From: an uncultured archaeon
GTDB taxonomy: Archaea > Thermoproteota > Nitrososphaeria_A > Caldarchaeales > Wolframiiraptoraceae
Length of the DNA stretch: 64,000 nucleotides
Assembly (NCBI GenBank): GCA_938083505.1
Contig: CALKCF010000001.1
Span: 32,001 to 96,000, forward strand
Direction of reading: 5' to 3'
The notes beneath the pieces are model-generated. The model had not been told where the DNA came from, searched no databases, and saw nothing but the letters and a program-made list of their open reading frames with translations. Numbering within the stretch: the stretch's first letter is position 1; each line of letters starts with the position of its first letter. The translations under genes and the position numbers were made by a program. Shown piece by piece: positions 50,534 to 60,859 of the stretch.

Positions 50534-50624
50534 GGGCCGGTAGATCAGCGGAAGATCGCGCGCCTGGCGACTCTGTTTTTGGCTGGATTGCGCGAGGTCC
50601 GGGGTTCGAATCCCCGCCGGTCCA
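50534..50624 (+). tRNA. tRNA-Ala(GGC) with 19-nt intron (50570-50588) at position 37/38
   Basis: GGGCCGG/CCGGTCC acceptor with G3:U70; CGCGC/GCGCG anticodon stem; GGC at 50566-50568; BHB with CUGG/CUGG central helix and CGA/AUU bulges. Confidence 0.92.
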
Positions 50625-50642
50625 TTATAAATTATTAACCTC

Positions 50643-51611
50643 CTATGCTTTCGTAAAATCGTAAAGATGACACTTAACAAGATGTCCAGAGCTTATTTCC
50701 AACATAAATGGCTCCACTTTATCGCAAATTTCTAACCTTTCGGGGCATCTTGGATGGAAACTGCAACCTGGAGGTACGTTCAGAGCTCCTGGAATTTCAC
50801 CAGTCGAGATTATCTTCTTTGGCTTCATTGCCTCTTCCTCGTCCGTTATTACGGGTATGGATGACAGGAGCATCTTCGTGTATGGGTGTAGTGGGTTATA
50901 GAAGAATTCTTCAGTTGATGCAAGTTCCACAATTTTACCTAAGTACATTATGGCTACACGTGAAGCAACATTTCTCATTAAGCTCAAGTTGTGCGTTATG
51001 AATAGGTAAGACAAGTTAAACTCTTTCTGGAACCTCATAAGCATGTTTATGATTTTTGCTTGAATCGATACATCAAGGGCCGACGTTGGTTCGTCTAATA
51101 TTATGAATGATGGGTTTACAGCTAAAGCCCTAGCTATTGCAACCATTTGTTTCTCACCACCGCCCAGCTCTGTGGGATACCTATCCATATATTCGACTGG
51201 AAGCTCAACCATTTGCAATAACTCAGCCACTTTTTGGGAAGTATCACCATGACATATATCGTGAACTTTTAAGGGTAGCTCTATTATCTGCTTTATAGTT
51301 CTCTTTGGATTAAGTGAAGTTGCAGGATCTTGGAAGACCATTTGAATTTTCTTTTTTAAGGAAAGTGGCCTCCTTTCGACTCCCGCGGAAATATCTGCTC
51401 CTTCAAATAGAATCCTACCTGATGTCGGTGCATAGAGTCCGACTATGACATGTCCCGTCGTACTCTTTCCTGAGCCTGACTCGCCTACGAGACCGAATGT
51501 TTCACCATACTTGACGGTAAAGCTGATGTCATCAACCGCTTTAATTGTACCTTTGCTGACTTTGAAATATTTTTTAAGGTTTATAACTTCTAATATGTTA
51601 TCGTTCGACAT
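50643..51611 (-). CDS. Peptide ABC transporter ATP-binding protein (DppF/OppF-like)
   Basis: GESGSGKS, LDEPTSALD, HPYT, C-terminal GC.FHPRC. Confidence 0.93.
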   Translation of the reverse strand: MSNDNILEVINLKKYFKVSKGTIKAVDDISFTVKYGETFGLVGESGSGKSTTGHVIVGLYAPTSGRILFEGADISAGVERRPLSLKKKIQMVFQDPATSLNPKRTIKQIIELPLKVHDICHGDTSQKVAELLQMVELPVEYMDRYPTELGGGEKQMVAIARALAVNPSFIILDEPTSALDVSIQAKIINMLMRFQKEFNLSYLFITHNLSLMRNVASRVAIMYLGKIVELASTEEFFYNPLHPYTKMLLSSIPVITDEEEAMKPKKIISTGEIPGALNVPPGCSFHPRCPERLEICDKVEPFMLEISSGHLVKCHLYDFTKA

Positions 51612-51613
51612 GT

Positions 51614-52594
51614 TTACTCACCATAAAGGAAACATGCTACTTCGTGATTGTTTCCTGCGTTTACCATTCTTGGCTGCTTTCTTTCACATATTGGCATCGC
51701 ATGTACACAACGTGTAATAAACCTGCAACCTAAGGGCGGGTTCATGTAATCTGGAACTCTGCCCTTAATTCCTTCAGGGATGCCTCCACCCGTCAACTTG
51801 GGTACAGCAGCAAGAAGACCCTTTGTGTATGGATGGAGTGGTTCATGGAATAAGTCAAACGTTCTTGCAGATTCGACAATGCACCCAGCATACATGACAT
51901 AAACCCTATCCACGAAACCTTTAACGGCACCAAGCGCATGACTGATGAGTATAATTGAAGTACGCCTCTCTTCTACTATCTGCTTCAATAGTCTTAAGAT
52001 TTGATCTTCTATCGTAACGTCGAGTGATGTGCCAGGTTCATCTGCTATTAACAATTCACGTGCGGATGCAAGTGCCATGGCTATGCATACTCTTTGCCTC
52101 ATACCTCCACTGAGCTGAAATGGATAACTATCAAGTATTCTTTCGGGTTCTGGGAGTGCAGCTTCCCTCAAGAGCCTAATCGCCTCTTCTTCTATTTCTT
52201 TTTTTGAGAGATTTTTTCCCATCTCGAGATTTGCGTACTTAACGACGTCGAAAATCTGGTCTCTTATTTTGAATACTGGGTTCAATGCTGCAGTTGGGTC
52301 TTGGAATATCATGGATATGCTGCTCCTCCTGAGCTTTTTTAATTCGCTGTCATTCATTTTCATGACGTCCTTTCCCTTAAAGTATATCTTAGCTTTCGGT
52401 ACTATGGCATTCCAAGGAAGAATCCTTATTATCGCTTTCATCGTCGTGGTCTTACCACAACCCGATTCTCCTATCAGCCCCACCTTCTCTTTTTCATTCA
52501 CCGTTAGGGTAACATCATTTAAAACTTTCAGTATACCACCATAAACCTTGAAATGAACTTGGAGTTCCTTAACGTTTAGTAGAGTGTTGTTCAT
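51614..52594 (-). CDS. Peptide ABC transporter ATP-binding protein (DppD/OppD-like)
   Basis: GESGCGKT, LSGGMRQR, ADEP, HPYT. Confidence 0.93.
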   Translation of the reverse strand: MNNTLLNVKELQVHFKVYGGILKVLNDVTLTVNEKEKVGLIGESGCGKTTTMKAIIRILPWNAIVPKAKIYFKGKDVMKMNDSELKKLRRSSISMIFQDPTAALNPVFKIRDQIFDVVKYANLEMGKNLSKKEIEEEAIRLLREAALPEPERILDSYPFQLSGGMRQRVCIAMALASARELLIADEPGTSLDVTIEDQILRLLKQIVEERRTSIILISHALGAVKGFVDRVYVMYAGCIVESARTFDLFHEPLHPYTKGLLAAVPKLTGGGIPEGIKGRVPDYMNPPLGCRFITRCVHAMPICERKQPRMVNAGNNHEVACFLYGE

Positions 52595-52616
52595 ATTTTA
52601 ACACTCTCACATTTAC

Positions 52617-53525
52617 TCAATGAGCCTCAGCCGCGAATACATCTCTAATACCATCACCTAATAGATTAAAGCCAAGTACTATTACCGCTATCGCGATCGC
52701 GGGGAACACTGTTATCCACCATATGCCCGGCATATACTTTGCTCCATCCGATAACATCGTTCCAAGGTCAGGTGTCGGAGGTTGTGCTCCAAGTCCCACG
52801 AAGCTAAGGGCTGAACCAAGAATGATTACCCAAGCAGCATCAAGTGTGACCTTAGTTAATATAGCTCCAAGACAGTTCGGTAAAATCTCTTTAAACATTA
52901 TGTGGAATTTGCTTGCACCGACTATCTCAGCTGCCTGAACAAATGGTTCCATGCGTAACGATGATGCCATACCGTACACAAGTCTGGTATACCATGGCCA
53001 CCACATAAGCGACACCGCCATCATGGCATTAAATATGTTCGGCTCTAACACCGAGCATATGGCAAGAGCTAAGACGAGTGGGGGGACTGCGACGAATATG
53101 TCTGCAACTCTCATTATAACTATGTCTGGCCATCTATCTCTATAATATCCAGCTATCAAACCAAGTATCACACCAGGTGGTGTGACTATGGCTAAGACTG
53201 TTGCTGCCATCATGAGTGAGTACCTGAAACCAAAAATTATCCTCGTAAGCACATCCCTCCCAAACTGATCTGTACCAAATGGGTGAGCTAAGCTTGGGGG
53301 CTGGTTTGCGTTATCGTAGTCTACGAAAAAGCCAGCATGATGGGGATACGGTGTTACATATGGTGCCAAGATGGCAAGGGCAACCACTAAAATGACAATC
53401 GCTAGGCCCGCAATAGAAAGCGGATTTCTAGAAAATTTATACCACGCTTTTTTGTAATCCTCAGCTTTCCTTGGTGATAGGACGCCTAATTCCTTCAATT
53501 TTTCTAACAAAAACATGATACACAT
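52617..53525 (-). CDS. Peptide ABC transporter permease (DppC-like)
   Basis: HPFGTDQFGRD, EAA-like loop, LSFVGLG, NLLGDG. Confidence 0.93.
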   Translation of the reverse strand: MCIMFLLEKLKELGVLSPRKAEDYKKAWYKFSRNPLSIAGLAIVILVVALAILAPYVTPYPHHAGFFVDYDNANQPPSLAHPFGTDQFGRDVLTRIIFGFRYSLMMAATVLAIVTPPGVILGLIAGYYRDRWPDIVIMRVADIFVAVPPLVLALAICSVLEPNIFNAMMAVSLMWWPWYTRLVYGMASSLRMEPFVQAAEIVGASKFHIMFKEILPNCLGAILTKVTLDAAWVIILGSALSFVGLGAQPPTPDLGTMLSDGAKYMPGIWWITVFPAIAIAVIVLGFNLLGDGIRDVFAAEAH

Positions 53526-53528
53526 TGA

Positions 53529-54566
53529 CTACTTCGCCCTCTCCACCATCCTTATCCTTGGATCCAACAAAGATACTATTATGTCCACCAATATGTTTGC
53601 TATAGCAAAGACTAATCCCGTAACCATGACCACACCTACTATGGCGTTCAGGTCCTTCCTGAGCATCGCTATTATACCATACCTTGACATTCCGGGCCAA
53701 TTAAAAATCGACTCTACAAGGAATGCCCATCCTATAAGCGATGCGATGTCTAATCCCATAATAGATACGGTCGGTATCAGAGATGGCTTCATCAAGTATT
53801 TTAAAACTATTAGTCTTTCGGGTAAGCCATGTGAAACGCTTGCGAGGATGTAGTCTTTGTTCAGATTCTCGACAACACTAGCACGTGTTATTCTGGCCTC
53901 TTGTGCGATTGGCCCGAGTGCTAAAGCGAGCGATGGTAGAATAAGATGGGATAGGGCATCTACAAATGTTGAAAAGTTCCCTGTAATGAGTGAATCTATC
54001 GTGAACAAACCTGTTATTCTTGGCGGCGGCACTACGCCTGGACTAAGTCTTCCAACAACAGGTGCAATATGTAATATATATCCGAAGACTAGTAGAAATA
54101 TTATTGCGAAGACGAATGCGGGAATTGTTACCCCTATATACGCAAAACCCCTTACAAGGTTGTCAACCCAAGTGTTAGCCTTCCTACCCGCAAGCATGCC
54201 TACAGGTATGGCAATAGCTACATCGAATATGAGGGCAAAAAGTAATAACTCAAGCGTTGCAGGTAAGAACTCTGTTATGTCCGTTAAAACGTCACGTCTT
54301 GTTACTAGCGACTCACCCAAGCTACCACTGAACACGTCTCTTAACCAATAAAGATACTGAACAGGTAACGGTTCGTTAAGTCTAAGCTGTTCCCTGAGTT
54401 TTTCTATAGCCCATTCTGGAGCTCTAGGACTAAGGGCCATCCTAGCAGGATCTCCCGGCAAGACCCTAGCTAGCGTAAATATCAGTATCGAGAGTCCTAG
54501 CAATACAAATATTGTATAACCTATTCTTTTCGCAAGGTATGTTGCAAGTCGCAACTCCGACCACAC
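53529..54566 (-). CDS. Peptide ABC transporter permease (DppB-like)
   Basis: PGDPA, QY..W, LPATLEL, HLILP, VESIFNWPG, DPRIR. Confidence 0.93.
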   Translation of the reverse strand: MWSELRLATYLAKRIGYTIFVLLGLSILIFTLARVLPGDPARMALSPRAPEWAIEKLREQLRLNEPLPVQYLYWLRDVFSGSLGESLVTRRDVLTDITEFLPATLELLLFALIFDVAIAIPVGMLAGRKANTWVDNLVRGFAYIGVTIPAFVFAIIFLLVFGYILHIAPVVGRLSPGVVPPPRITGLFTIDSLITGNFSTFVDALSHLILPSLALALGPIAQEARITRASVVENLNKDYILASVSHGLPERLIVLKYLMKPSLIPTVSIMGLDIASLIGWAFLVESIFNWPGMSRYGIIAMLRKDLNAIVGVVMVTGLVFAIANILVDIIVSLLDPRIRMVERAK

Positions 54567-54598
54567 TTAAAAAAATTAGGAGAGTATTTATTTTTTAA

Positions 54599-56278
54599 TC
54601 ACTTAAAGAGTTCTGCTTTCTTTTCTGGGAAGACCTCAATGAGCCTTAGGTCAAAGAAGTAGCCTAAAACTGGCACCCCTTCCCCTTTGGCAGCATACCA
54701 GTCAACGTAGTAGGAATAGTATGCCCTTCTTTCGACCATGTCGAATAGGAACAATGATGGGCAAAGCTCAACTATACGGTGCTGCAGCTCGGCATACTTA
54801 GCAAACCTTTCTTTCATATCTAGGGTTGCTATTGCGTCCTCTATAGCAGCATCTAATTCAGGGTCGAGCAACCATTCGTTCTGCTCCCATGTGGGTGCAG
54901 ACTTTGAGTGGTACCTAGATTCTAATATTGAGCCGGCCTCTAGGTAATGCGGTGCGACGAATATCGACACTATGTGCGGGCTCGTCTCCGGTCTTGCCAT
55001 ACCATCTATCACCGTTAACCATGGCACCTTCACGACCTTGACCTTGATTCCAATCTCCTCCATATTCTTGGCAAAGAGTAGGGCAACCTTCTCCTCGTCT
55101 GGAACTTCTGCTATCCACCAATATTCAACTTCATATTTCTCAAGCTCAGGATAGTATTTTGACTTCATGAGTTCTTCTCTAGCCTTATCTAGGTCTCTTG
55201 TGTATTGAAAAACGGTCGGGTCATGTCCTGGAACTACCGCTGATACCGGACCCTTAGCGAGTTTTGTGCCCACGAATATTTTTTCTACCACAGTATTATA
55301 GTCGAAAGCGTATGCCATTGCTTTTCTAAAGTGAATATCATCAGTAGGTGCCTTCTTTGTGTGTATCATTAAGTAAAACATACCGCCGCTTGGTATGTAA
55401 ACAATCTCTGCACCTTTAAGTTTAGCCATCTCAAGGAGGTTTTCATAAGGTTGCCACTGGTCCGTTATGTCAAGCTCACCCCTTGCAAACAATGTTCTTA
55501 TCGTAACAGGTTCGCTTGTGCCGATAAATTTTACCTCATCTGGTGCATTCGGCTTGAAGTATCCCCAGTAATCCTCAAAACGTTCAAAGATCACGTACTC
55601 TTCGAGCTTCACTTCCTTTAACTTATACGGTCCAGACCCTGCATCGTTGGTCAGTAGCCAAGCCTTCCCGTAGTCTCCAAACTCTCCATAAGGACCTGGA
55701 ATCTTGATATTCTTCATAACTAAGTCTTTGTTCAGTATGTATAACCTTACAAGCGCCATCAGGAACGGTCCGAATGTAGTTTTTAGTTTAAACTCGACGG
55801 TATAATCGTCTATTGCCCTAACGTCCTCTAAGTAGGGCGAAAGTAGGTAGGAATACCCCTCACCAATTGTTACGAATCTTTTAGTTGAGAAGACAACGTC
55901 CTCAGCCGTAAGCTCCTTACCGTCATGGAACTTTACGCCCTTTCTTAAGTAGAACGTCCAAGTGAGTCCATCCGGTGAGACATCCCATCTTTCAGCCAAA
56001 TGGGGTACTACTTCACCGGTCTTTGTTGGGTAAACAAGCGTGTCATAGAGGTTCACAAAGGCGCTTGAGCTAGCCTCATCCGAACCTACTGCCGGGTCTA
56101 GTGTCGGAACATTCGCAAACGATATCGTCAGGGTTCGTTTTAGTACAGGCGTTGGGGTTGGAGTAGGTGTTGGAGTTGGTGGAATCTGCGTGGTAAGCCA
56201 CACCGCGCCAATGATGATTGCGATAATCACGATCGCAACTACGGCCGCAACAACTGAACGCTTTACCATATTTTTCAC
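54599..56278 (-). CDS. Peptide ABC transporter substrate-binding protein (family 5) with N-terminal anchor and Pro/Thr linker
   Basis: TM anchor, PTPTPTPTPTP, LYDTLV, LAERW, FHDG..LTAEDV, GSGPY. Confidence 0.93.
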   Translation of the reverse strand: MKNMVKRSVVAAVVAIVIIAIIIGAVWLTTQIPPTPTPTPTPTPVLKRTLTISFANVPTLDPAVGSDEASSSAFVNLYDTLVYPTKTGEVVPHLAERWDVSPDGLTWTFYLRKGVKFHDGKELTAEDVVFSTKRFVTIGEGYSYLLSPYLEDVRAIDDYTVEFKLKTTFGPFLMALVRLYILNKDLVMKNIKIPGPYGEFGDYGKAWLLTNDAGSGPYKLKEVKLEEYVIFERFEDYWGYFKPNAPDEVKFIGTSEPVTIRTLFARGELDITDQWQPYENLLEMAKLKGAEIVYIPSGGMFYLMIHTKKAPTDDIHFRKAMAYAFDYNTVVEKIFVGTKLAKGPVSAVVPGHDPTVFQYTRDLDKAREELMKSKYYPELEKYEVEYWWIAEVPDEEKVALLFAKNMEEIGIKVKVVKVPWLTVIDGMARPETSPHIVSIFVAPHYLEAGSILESRYHSKSAPTWEQNEWLLDPELDAAIEDAIATLDMKERFAKYAELQHRIVELCPSLFLFDMVERRAYYSYYVDWYAAKGEGVPVLGYFFDLRLIEVFPEKKAELFK

Positions 56279-56446
56279 CTAGATTTCCGGAATTTTAATA
56301 GAATTTGTCTCGTTTTACGTTTATAAATTTTTCGTAAGATCTGAGATCGACCAAAAATTTCCATCTCTTATCTCTTTTTTTGTGTAATAGAAAAGAAAGC
56401 AAAAAATTTTAAATAGGCTATAAGAACAAAAATTAATTGATGGTGT

Positions 56447-57493
56447 ATGGTTGGAAGGTATGAATATGAATTAGGAAAAGCTGCAGATATTCTCGTTCGA
56501 GAACTTTTCAAACTTAAGCCCGATGAAACCTTTATAATAACGGCAGACACGGAGTCCGACCCCAGAGTTGTGGACGCAACAGCCAGGGCAGCTTTCTCCG
56601 TTGGAGCTAAACCGATGGTTATATGGTTAGCCTCGCCGCTGGGTGTTGGAAAAGCGGCTGATCCAATGCTGCCGCTCAAACCCCTGACTGCTGCATTGAA
56701 AGAGGCTGATGCGTGGGTTGAGTTCAACAACCAATGGTTGCTTTACTCTACGCCATGGGACATTGCTATGGAGGAAAACAAGAAACTAAGGTATCTTTGT
56801 CTCGTCGGTATGGACACGGATATGATGATAAGATGCATTGGTAGAGTTGACTTTCCCACTTTAAAAGAGTTTCAGACAAAAGTCGTGGAGCTGACTAGAA
56901 AAGCCAAAAGGATGAGAATAACTACACCAGCTGGAACTGATGTATCCTTTGAGAACGACCCGAATAGGCCGATACTCTTGGAGGTCGGCTACGCTGATAC
57001 ACCCGGAGCTCACTTCATGTCCGGTCAAATAGGGTGGTCTCCGATATTTGAAACAATCAACGGAACGATAGTCTTTGACGGGTCGCTTTCACCACCAATA
57101 GGCTTATTAAAAGAGCCGGTTAAGCTTCACATAAAAGAGAGCAAGATTGTAAAGATTGAAGGAGGCAAAGAGGCGATAGAATTCGAGGCATGGTTAAAGA
57201 GTTTTAACGACCCGAACATGTTTTACATGGCGCACGTATGTTATGGCTTCCATCCAAATGCAAAGCTAACGGGCGCGATCCTCGAAGACGAGAGGGTTTG
57301 GGGATGTACTGAATGGGGAATCGGCAACGTAGGGCCTATGTTAGCACCACCAAAAGGAAGATCGGCAAAGTCCCATACAGATGGGATATGTCTTAACTCT
57401 TCAGTGTGGCTCGATGATGTACAATTGCTTGACAAGGGCAAAGTGGTTCATCCAGAGCTCATAGAACTGGCTAAGAAATTGGGCAAGGCATAA
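56447..57493 (+). CDS. M29/aminopeptidase-T-fold protein (divergent)
   Basis: TPAGTD, NGTIVFDG, AHVCYG, EDER, HTDG; metal ligands differ from canonical M29. Confidence 0.7.
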   Translation: MVGRYEYELGKAADILVRELFKLKPDETFIITADTESDPRVVDATARAAFSVGAKPMVIWLASPLGVGKAADPMLPLKPLTAALKEADAWVEFNNQWLLYSTPWDIAMEENKKLRYLCLVGMDTDMMIRCIGRVDFPTLKEFQTKVVELTRKAKRMRITTPAGTDVSFENDPNRPILLEVGYADTPGAHFMSGQIGWSPIFETINGTIVFDGSLSPPIGLLKEPVKLHIKESKIVKIEGGKEAIEFEAWLKSFNDPNMFYMAHVCYGFHPNAKLTGAILEDERVWGCTEWGIGNVGPMLAPPKGRSAKSHTDGICLNSSVWLDDVQLLDKGKVVHPELIELAKKLGKA

Positions 57494-57532
57494 ATTACAT
57501 ACTCAATTTATAATTTTATTTGTTTGTTTTAA

Positions 57533-58585
57533 GTGGTGATGTACTTGATCGAAGTTGAGAAGATCGAGCTAGGCGTTGTTAACATGTTTAAAGTCAACAT
57601 GGGAGTTAAGCCAGGTGAAAAGATACTTGTTGTTACAGATTTCCCGACGGCAGAAGAATGGAAGACAAAATCAAGCGATAGACTTCTGGATGCACTCAGA
57701 AGATCAATTCTGGCTAAGATGGTGAGTGAGATTGCAGTGAAGAATTTCCCCGAATGCACCGTTGAGTTTTTTGCATACCCGTCAGTCGGTAAACATGGAA
57801 CTTATCCAGGAAGAGAAGTCGAGGAGAAAATGAAAGTTGCAGATGTCGTTGTCGCAATAACGACATACTCCTTAACGCATACGGATGCTCGGGTGAATGC
57901 ATGTAAGGCTGGTGCAAGGGTTGCGAGTATGCCGATGTTCCTGCCTGAAATGTTCTATCCTAGCGGACCAATGGCAGCAGATTACCAGAAGATAGCTGAT
58001 GAAACAAAGAAGATTGCTAAGCTACTTAGTGAGACGAATAAAGCAAGAATCAAAACAGAAACTGGTACGGATATAACGTTTAGCTTAGAAGGTAGAGAAG
58101 GAAAGGTAGACGCAGGTATATTTAGAGAGAAAGGTTCATGGGGCAACTTACCCTCAGGAGAGGCATACATAGCCCCACTAGAGGGGACGGCTAACGGTAA
58201 GGTCGTCGTCGAAGTAGGATGGTACCCAGACCTAAAAGAGAACATGGTTTTAACTTTTAAGGATGGTTATGTAATCGATATTTCTGGTGGCGGCGAAGTA
58301 GGCGATAGGTTCAGGAGTCTTCTGGCATTAGATAAGACCGAACAACCCTACATCTCAAGAAGAAATTTAGCAGAGCTCGGTGTAGGAACAAATCCGTATG
58401 CAAGACGTCCGGACAACGTGTTAGAGGCAGAAAAGATAAGGGGTACTGTTCACATCGCGATCGGCGATAACTCACACATGGGTGGAAAGGTTGAATCTGA
58501 CATACATGAAGACTTTATAATACCGCGTCCGACGTTAATGCTAGACGACAAAGTCGTGATGAAAAACGGAGAGTTGTTGGTTTAA
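57533..58585 (+). CDS. Aminopeptidase (M29/thermophilic metalloprotease family)
   Basis: NLPSGEAY, AELGVGTN, EAEKIRGTVHIAIG, HEDF. Confidence 0.88.
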   Translation: MVMYLIEVEKIELGVVNMFKVNMGVKPGEKILVVTDFPTAEEWKTKSSDRLLDALRRSILAKMVSEIAVKNFPECTVEFFAYPSVGKHGTYPGREVEEKMKVADVVVAITTYSLTHTDARVNACKAGARVASMPMFLPEMFYPSGPMAADYQKIADETKKIAKLLSETNKARIKTETGTDITFSLEGREGKVDAGIFREKGSWGNLPSGEAYIAPLEGTANGKVVVEVGWYPDLKENMVLTFKDGYVIDISGGGEVGDRFRSLLALDKTEQPYISRRNLAELGVGTNPYARRPDNVLEAEKIRGTVHIAIGDNSHMGGKVESDIHEDFIIPRPTLMLDDKVVMKNGELLV

Positions 58586-58588
58586 TTT

Positions 58589-58861
58589 TTAAACCTCTAG
58601 AATTTCACCACTTTTTTTATGCGTGTGAAGAACTATAGATGACGTAATTGCTTTTATGCCCTCTATTTTTAGCAGATTCGTCTTTAAAATTTCTCTAAAT
58701 TTTTGGATAGATTCTGTCGTTATTATTGCTATTATGTCATAATCCCCACTAACTTCAAATACATCGGTAACCTCATGTATGTTGTTTAACAATTTACAAA
58801 CATTGTCAAGCTTATTAGATTCTACGTAGATATGGAGAATCACGGTAATCGTCATTTCCAC
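58589..58861 (-). CDS. Stand-alone Lrp/AsnC ligand-binding (RAM) domain
   Basis: VSGDYDIIA, IEGI...TSSIVL; no HTH. Confidence 0.85.
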   Translation of the reverse strand: MEMTITVILHIYVESNKLDNVCKLLNNIHEVTDVFEVSGDYDIIAIITTESIQKFREILKTNLLKIEGIKAITSSIVLHTHKKSGEILEV

Positions 58862-58883
58862 TCAAAAATAGCGTTTTAGAATT

Positions 58884-60851
58884 GTGCTTATTAATATTAA
58901 TTTAAGATATCCTTATATCTGCCCACTTATTTGTTGGCTCTTTAGCTATCTGGATTTGTTGCAAGAAAGGAAAAAAGCTGTTACGTTAAAAAGGGACATT
59001 GGCTGGCTCGAGTCATTTGCTATTGGTTATGGGGACGTAGGCGCAGACATCTTCTTAGCCTTGGGTGTTGTATTTCTCTATGCGGCAGGGGCTGCACCGT
59101 TTGCCTTCATGATTGCCGCCGTTGTTTATCTGCTTATCGGATTAACGTATGCAGAGTTAAGTTCAGTCTATCCCTATGCAGGGGGGTGTCACATCTTCGC
59201 TCTCAAAGGGTTCAACAGCTTGCTTGGGTTTATAGCAGGTTGGGCACTAATGCTGGATTATGTAATATGCATATCGCTATTCTCTCTTGCGGCCGCTGGA
59301 TATCTCAAATTTCTCTTACCCGAACTCTTTACATTAAGTCTAAGCAGTCCATTTAATCTGAATATATCCTCACTAGGTTTGGTTGCGGTATTGCTTGTGT
59401 TGTCCCTTTTATTTATCAATTATATCGGCATAAAATATTCTGCAAAATTTACGACAACGTTGGTCATATTTGGCCTAGCAGTTGAGGCGCTTATACTTTT
59501 GTTGGGTTTTTCACTGTCTTTTGATCTGAAAACTCTTTCGCATCAATTAAACATTTTTGGAAATAATAAAGTCTTACCGGACGTGGAATATTTCTTTTCT
59601 GACTCATTACAATTCAATAATTTTATCTACGGCATAACAGTGGCAATGGCTAGCTTTATTGGAATAGAATCCATATCACAAGCGGCAGAAGAAACGAGAA
59701 AACCATACAAATGGATACCAAGAGCTGCCAAGCTCACAATATTGGCAGTTATGTTGTCTGTCCTTCTCTTCGCATTTTTGGCCGCCGGTAGCGTAAGCTG
59801 GGAAACTATGGCAACATCTTACGAAAACTCCGTCGCGGTTTTAACTTCAAAACTTCCGGTTATAGGTCCACTTTTCTCACCAATAGTCGCCATAACTGCC
59901 TTCATACTCTGCTATGCCTCTGCCAATACGGGTGTTGTGGGTGTCTCAAGGCTCATGGCTAGCATGGGCAAATTTAGGCTCATGCCCAGATGGTTCTATA
60001 ACATACATCCAGTATTTAGAACACCTACAAGGACCTTGCTAGTTTTCGGAGGCATAGGGGCACTGATAGCGTTGATAGGGAACATTCCTTTTGTGGTCAG
60101 TCTATACAACTTCGGGGGACTCCTGAGTTATATGATTTTGATGACCAGCTTCATCAAGCTTCGGATGGTTGATCATGACGTCTACCGTCCATGGAAGGTA
60201 CCATTGAACATCGCTCTTAAATTTAAGGACAGGGTCATTGAATTACCCTTAGTAGGGCTGATAGGGTTGCCTCTCACACTTCTTTTATGGACACTCGTAA
60301 TAATATTGCACCCACATGGAAGACTTTTTGGTTTCATTTGGGTTGCGATAGGTCTAATGTTTTATGCATTATACCGTAAATCTCACAAACTTCCGTTGAT
60401 AAGCAGGGATGAAGGATCATGGGTGGTGTCATCATCTTATGTGATGGAGATAACGGTTTTATTAGACCCAATGGATGACTATAATGCGATTAAAAAGACG
60501 ATACAGTATACATACGACAAAAGATACAAACTAAGGCTTTTAAGCGTTATAAACCACCTAGCAGAAAAGGGGCAGGACCTCAAAGAATTGCAAATATCTG
60601 TGTTAGGTGATCTCGAGAAGTTAGCAATCGAACTCAGGAGGGAAGGGGGATATGAGGTAAACTATGACGTCTTCTTTGGTGACCTCGAGGAGGCGGTCAG
60701 GCAGGAGATTTCTGTTTTTAACGTAGACTTTATACTATACATAAGGCACTCAGTAAAAGAAACGTTATCAGGCAAACACCGTGAGGAGATCATAAATAGG
60801 TTATCGCAGGAATATCCTGGAAGGCTTATGATAATAAGAAGGATTGAGTGA
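58884..60851 (+). CDS. APC-family amino acid permease with C-terminal soluble (USP-like) domain
   Basis: YAEL...P.AGG, FIGIESISQAAEE, SR, HP.FRTP, RPWKVP; true start probably about 70 nt downstream. Confidence 0.88.
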   Translation: MLININLRYPYICPLICWLFSYLDLLQERKKAVTLKRDIGWLESFAIGYGDVGADIFLALGVVFLYAAGAAPFAFMIAAVVYLLIGLTYAELSSVYPYAGGCHIFALKGFNSLLGFIAGWALMLDYVICISLFSLAAAGYLKFLLPELFTLSLSSPFNLNISSLGLVAVLLVLSLLFINYIGIKYSAKFTTTLVIFGLAVEALILLLGFSLSFDLKTLSHQLNIFGNNKVLPDVEYFFSDSLQFNNFIYGITVAMASFIGIESISQAAEETRKPYKWIPRAAKLTILAVMLSVLLFAFLAAGSVSWETMATSYENSVAVLTSKLPVIGPLFSPIVAITAFILCYASANTGVVGVSRLMASMGKFRLMPRWFYNIHPVFRTPTRTLLVFGGIGALIALIGNIPFVVSLYNFGGLLSYMILMTSFIKLRMVDHDVYRPWKVPLNIALKFKDRVIELPLVGLIGLPLTLLLWTLVIILHPHGRLFGFIWVAIGLMFYALYRKSHKLPLISRDEGSWVVSSSYVMEITVLLDPMDDYNAIKKTIQYTYDKRYKLRLLSVINHLAEKGQDLKELQISVLGDLEKLAIELRREGGYEVNYDVFFGDLEEAVRQEISVFNVDFILYIRHSVKETLSGKHREEIINRLSQEYPGRLMIIRRIE

Positions 60852-60859
60852 TCATACGA

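Noticed and set aside
56147-56182. Degenerate 6-bp repeat
   Set aside because: Encodes the Pro/Thr linker of the substrate-binding protein, a common feature of archaeal surface proteins; not a CRISPR or regulatory repeat
46333-58585. Integrated mobile elements at tRNA-Leu or tRNA-Ala
   Set aside because: No integrase, transposase or duplicated tRNA 3' end (att site) was seen in the window
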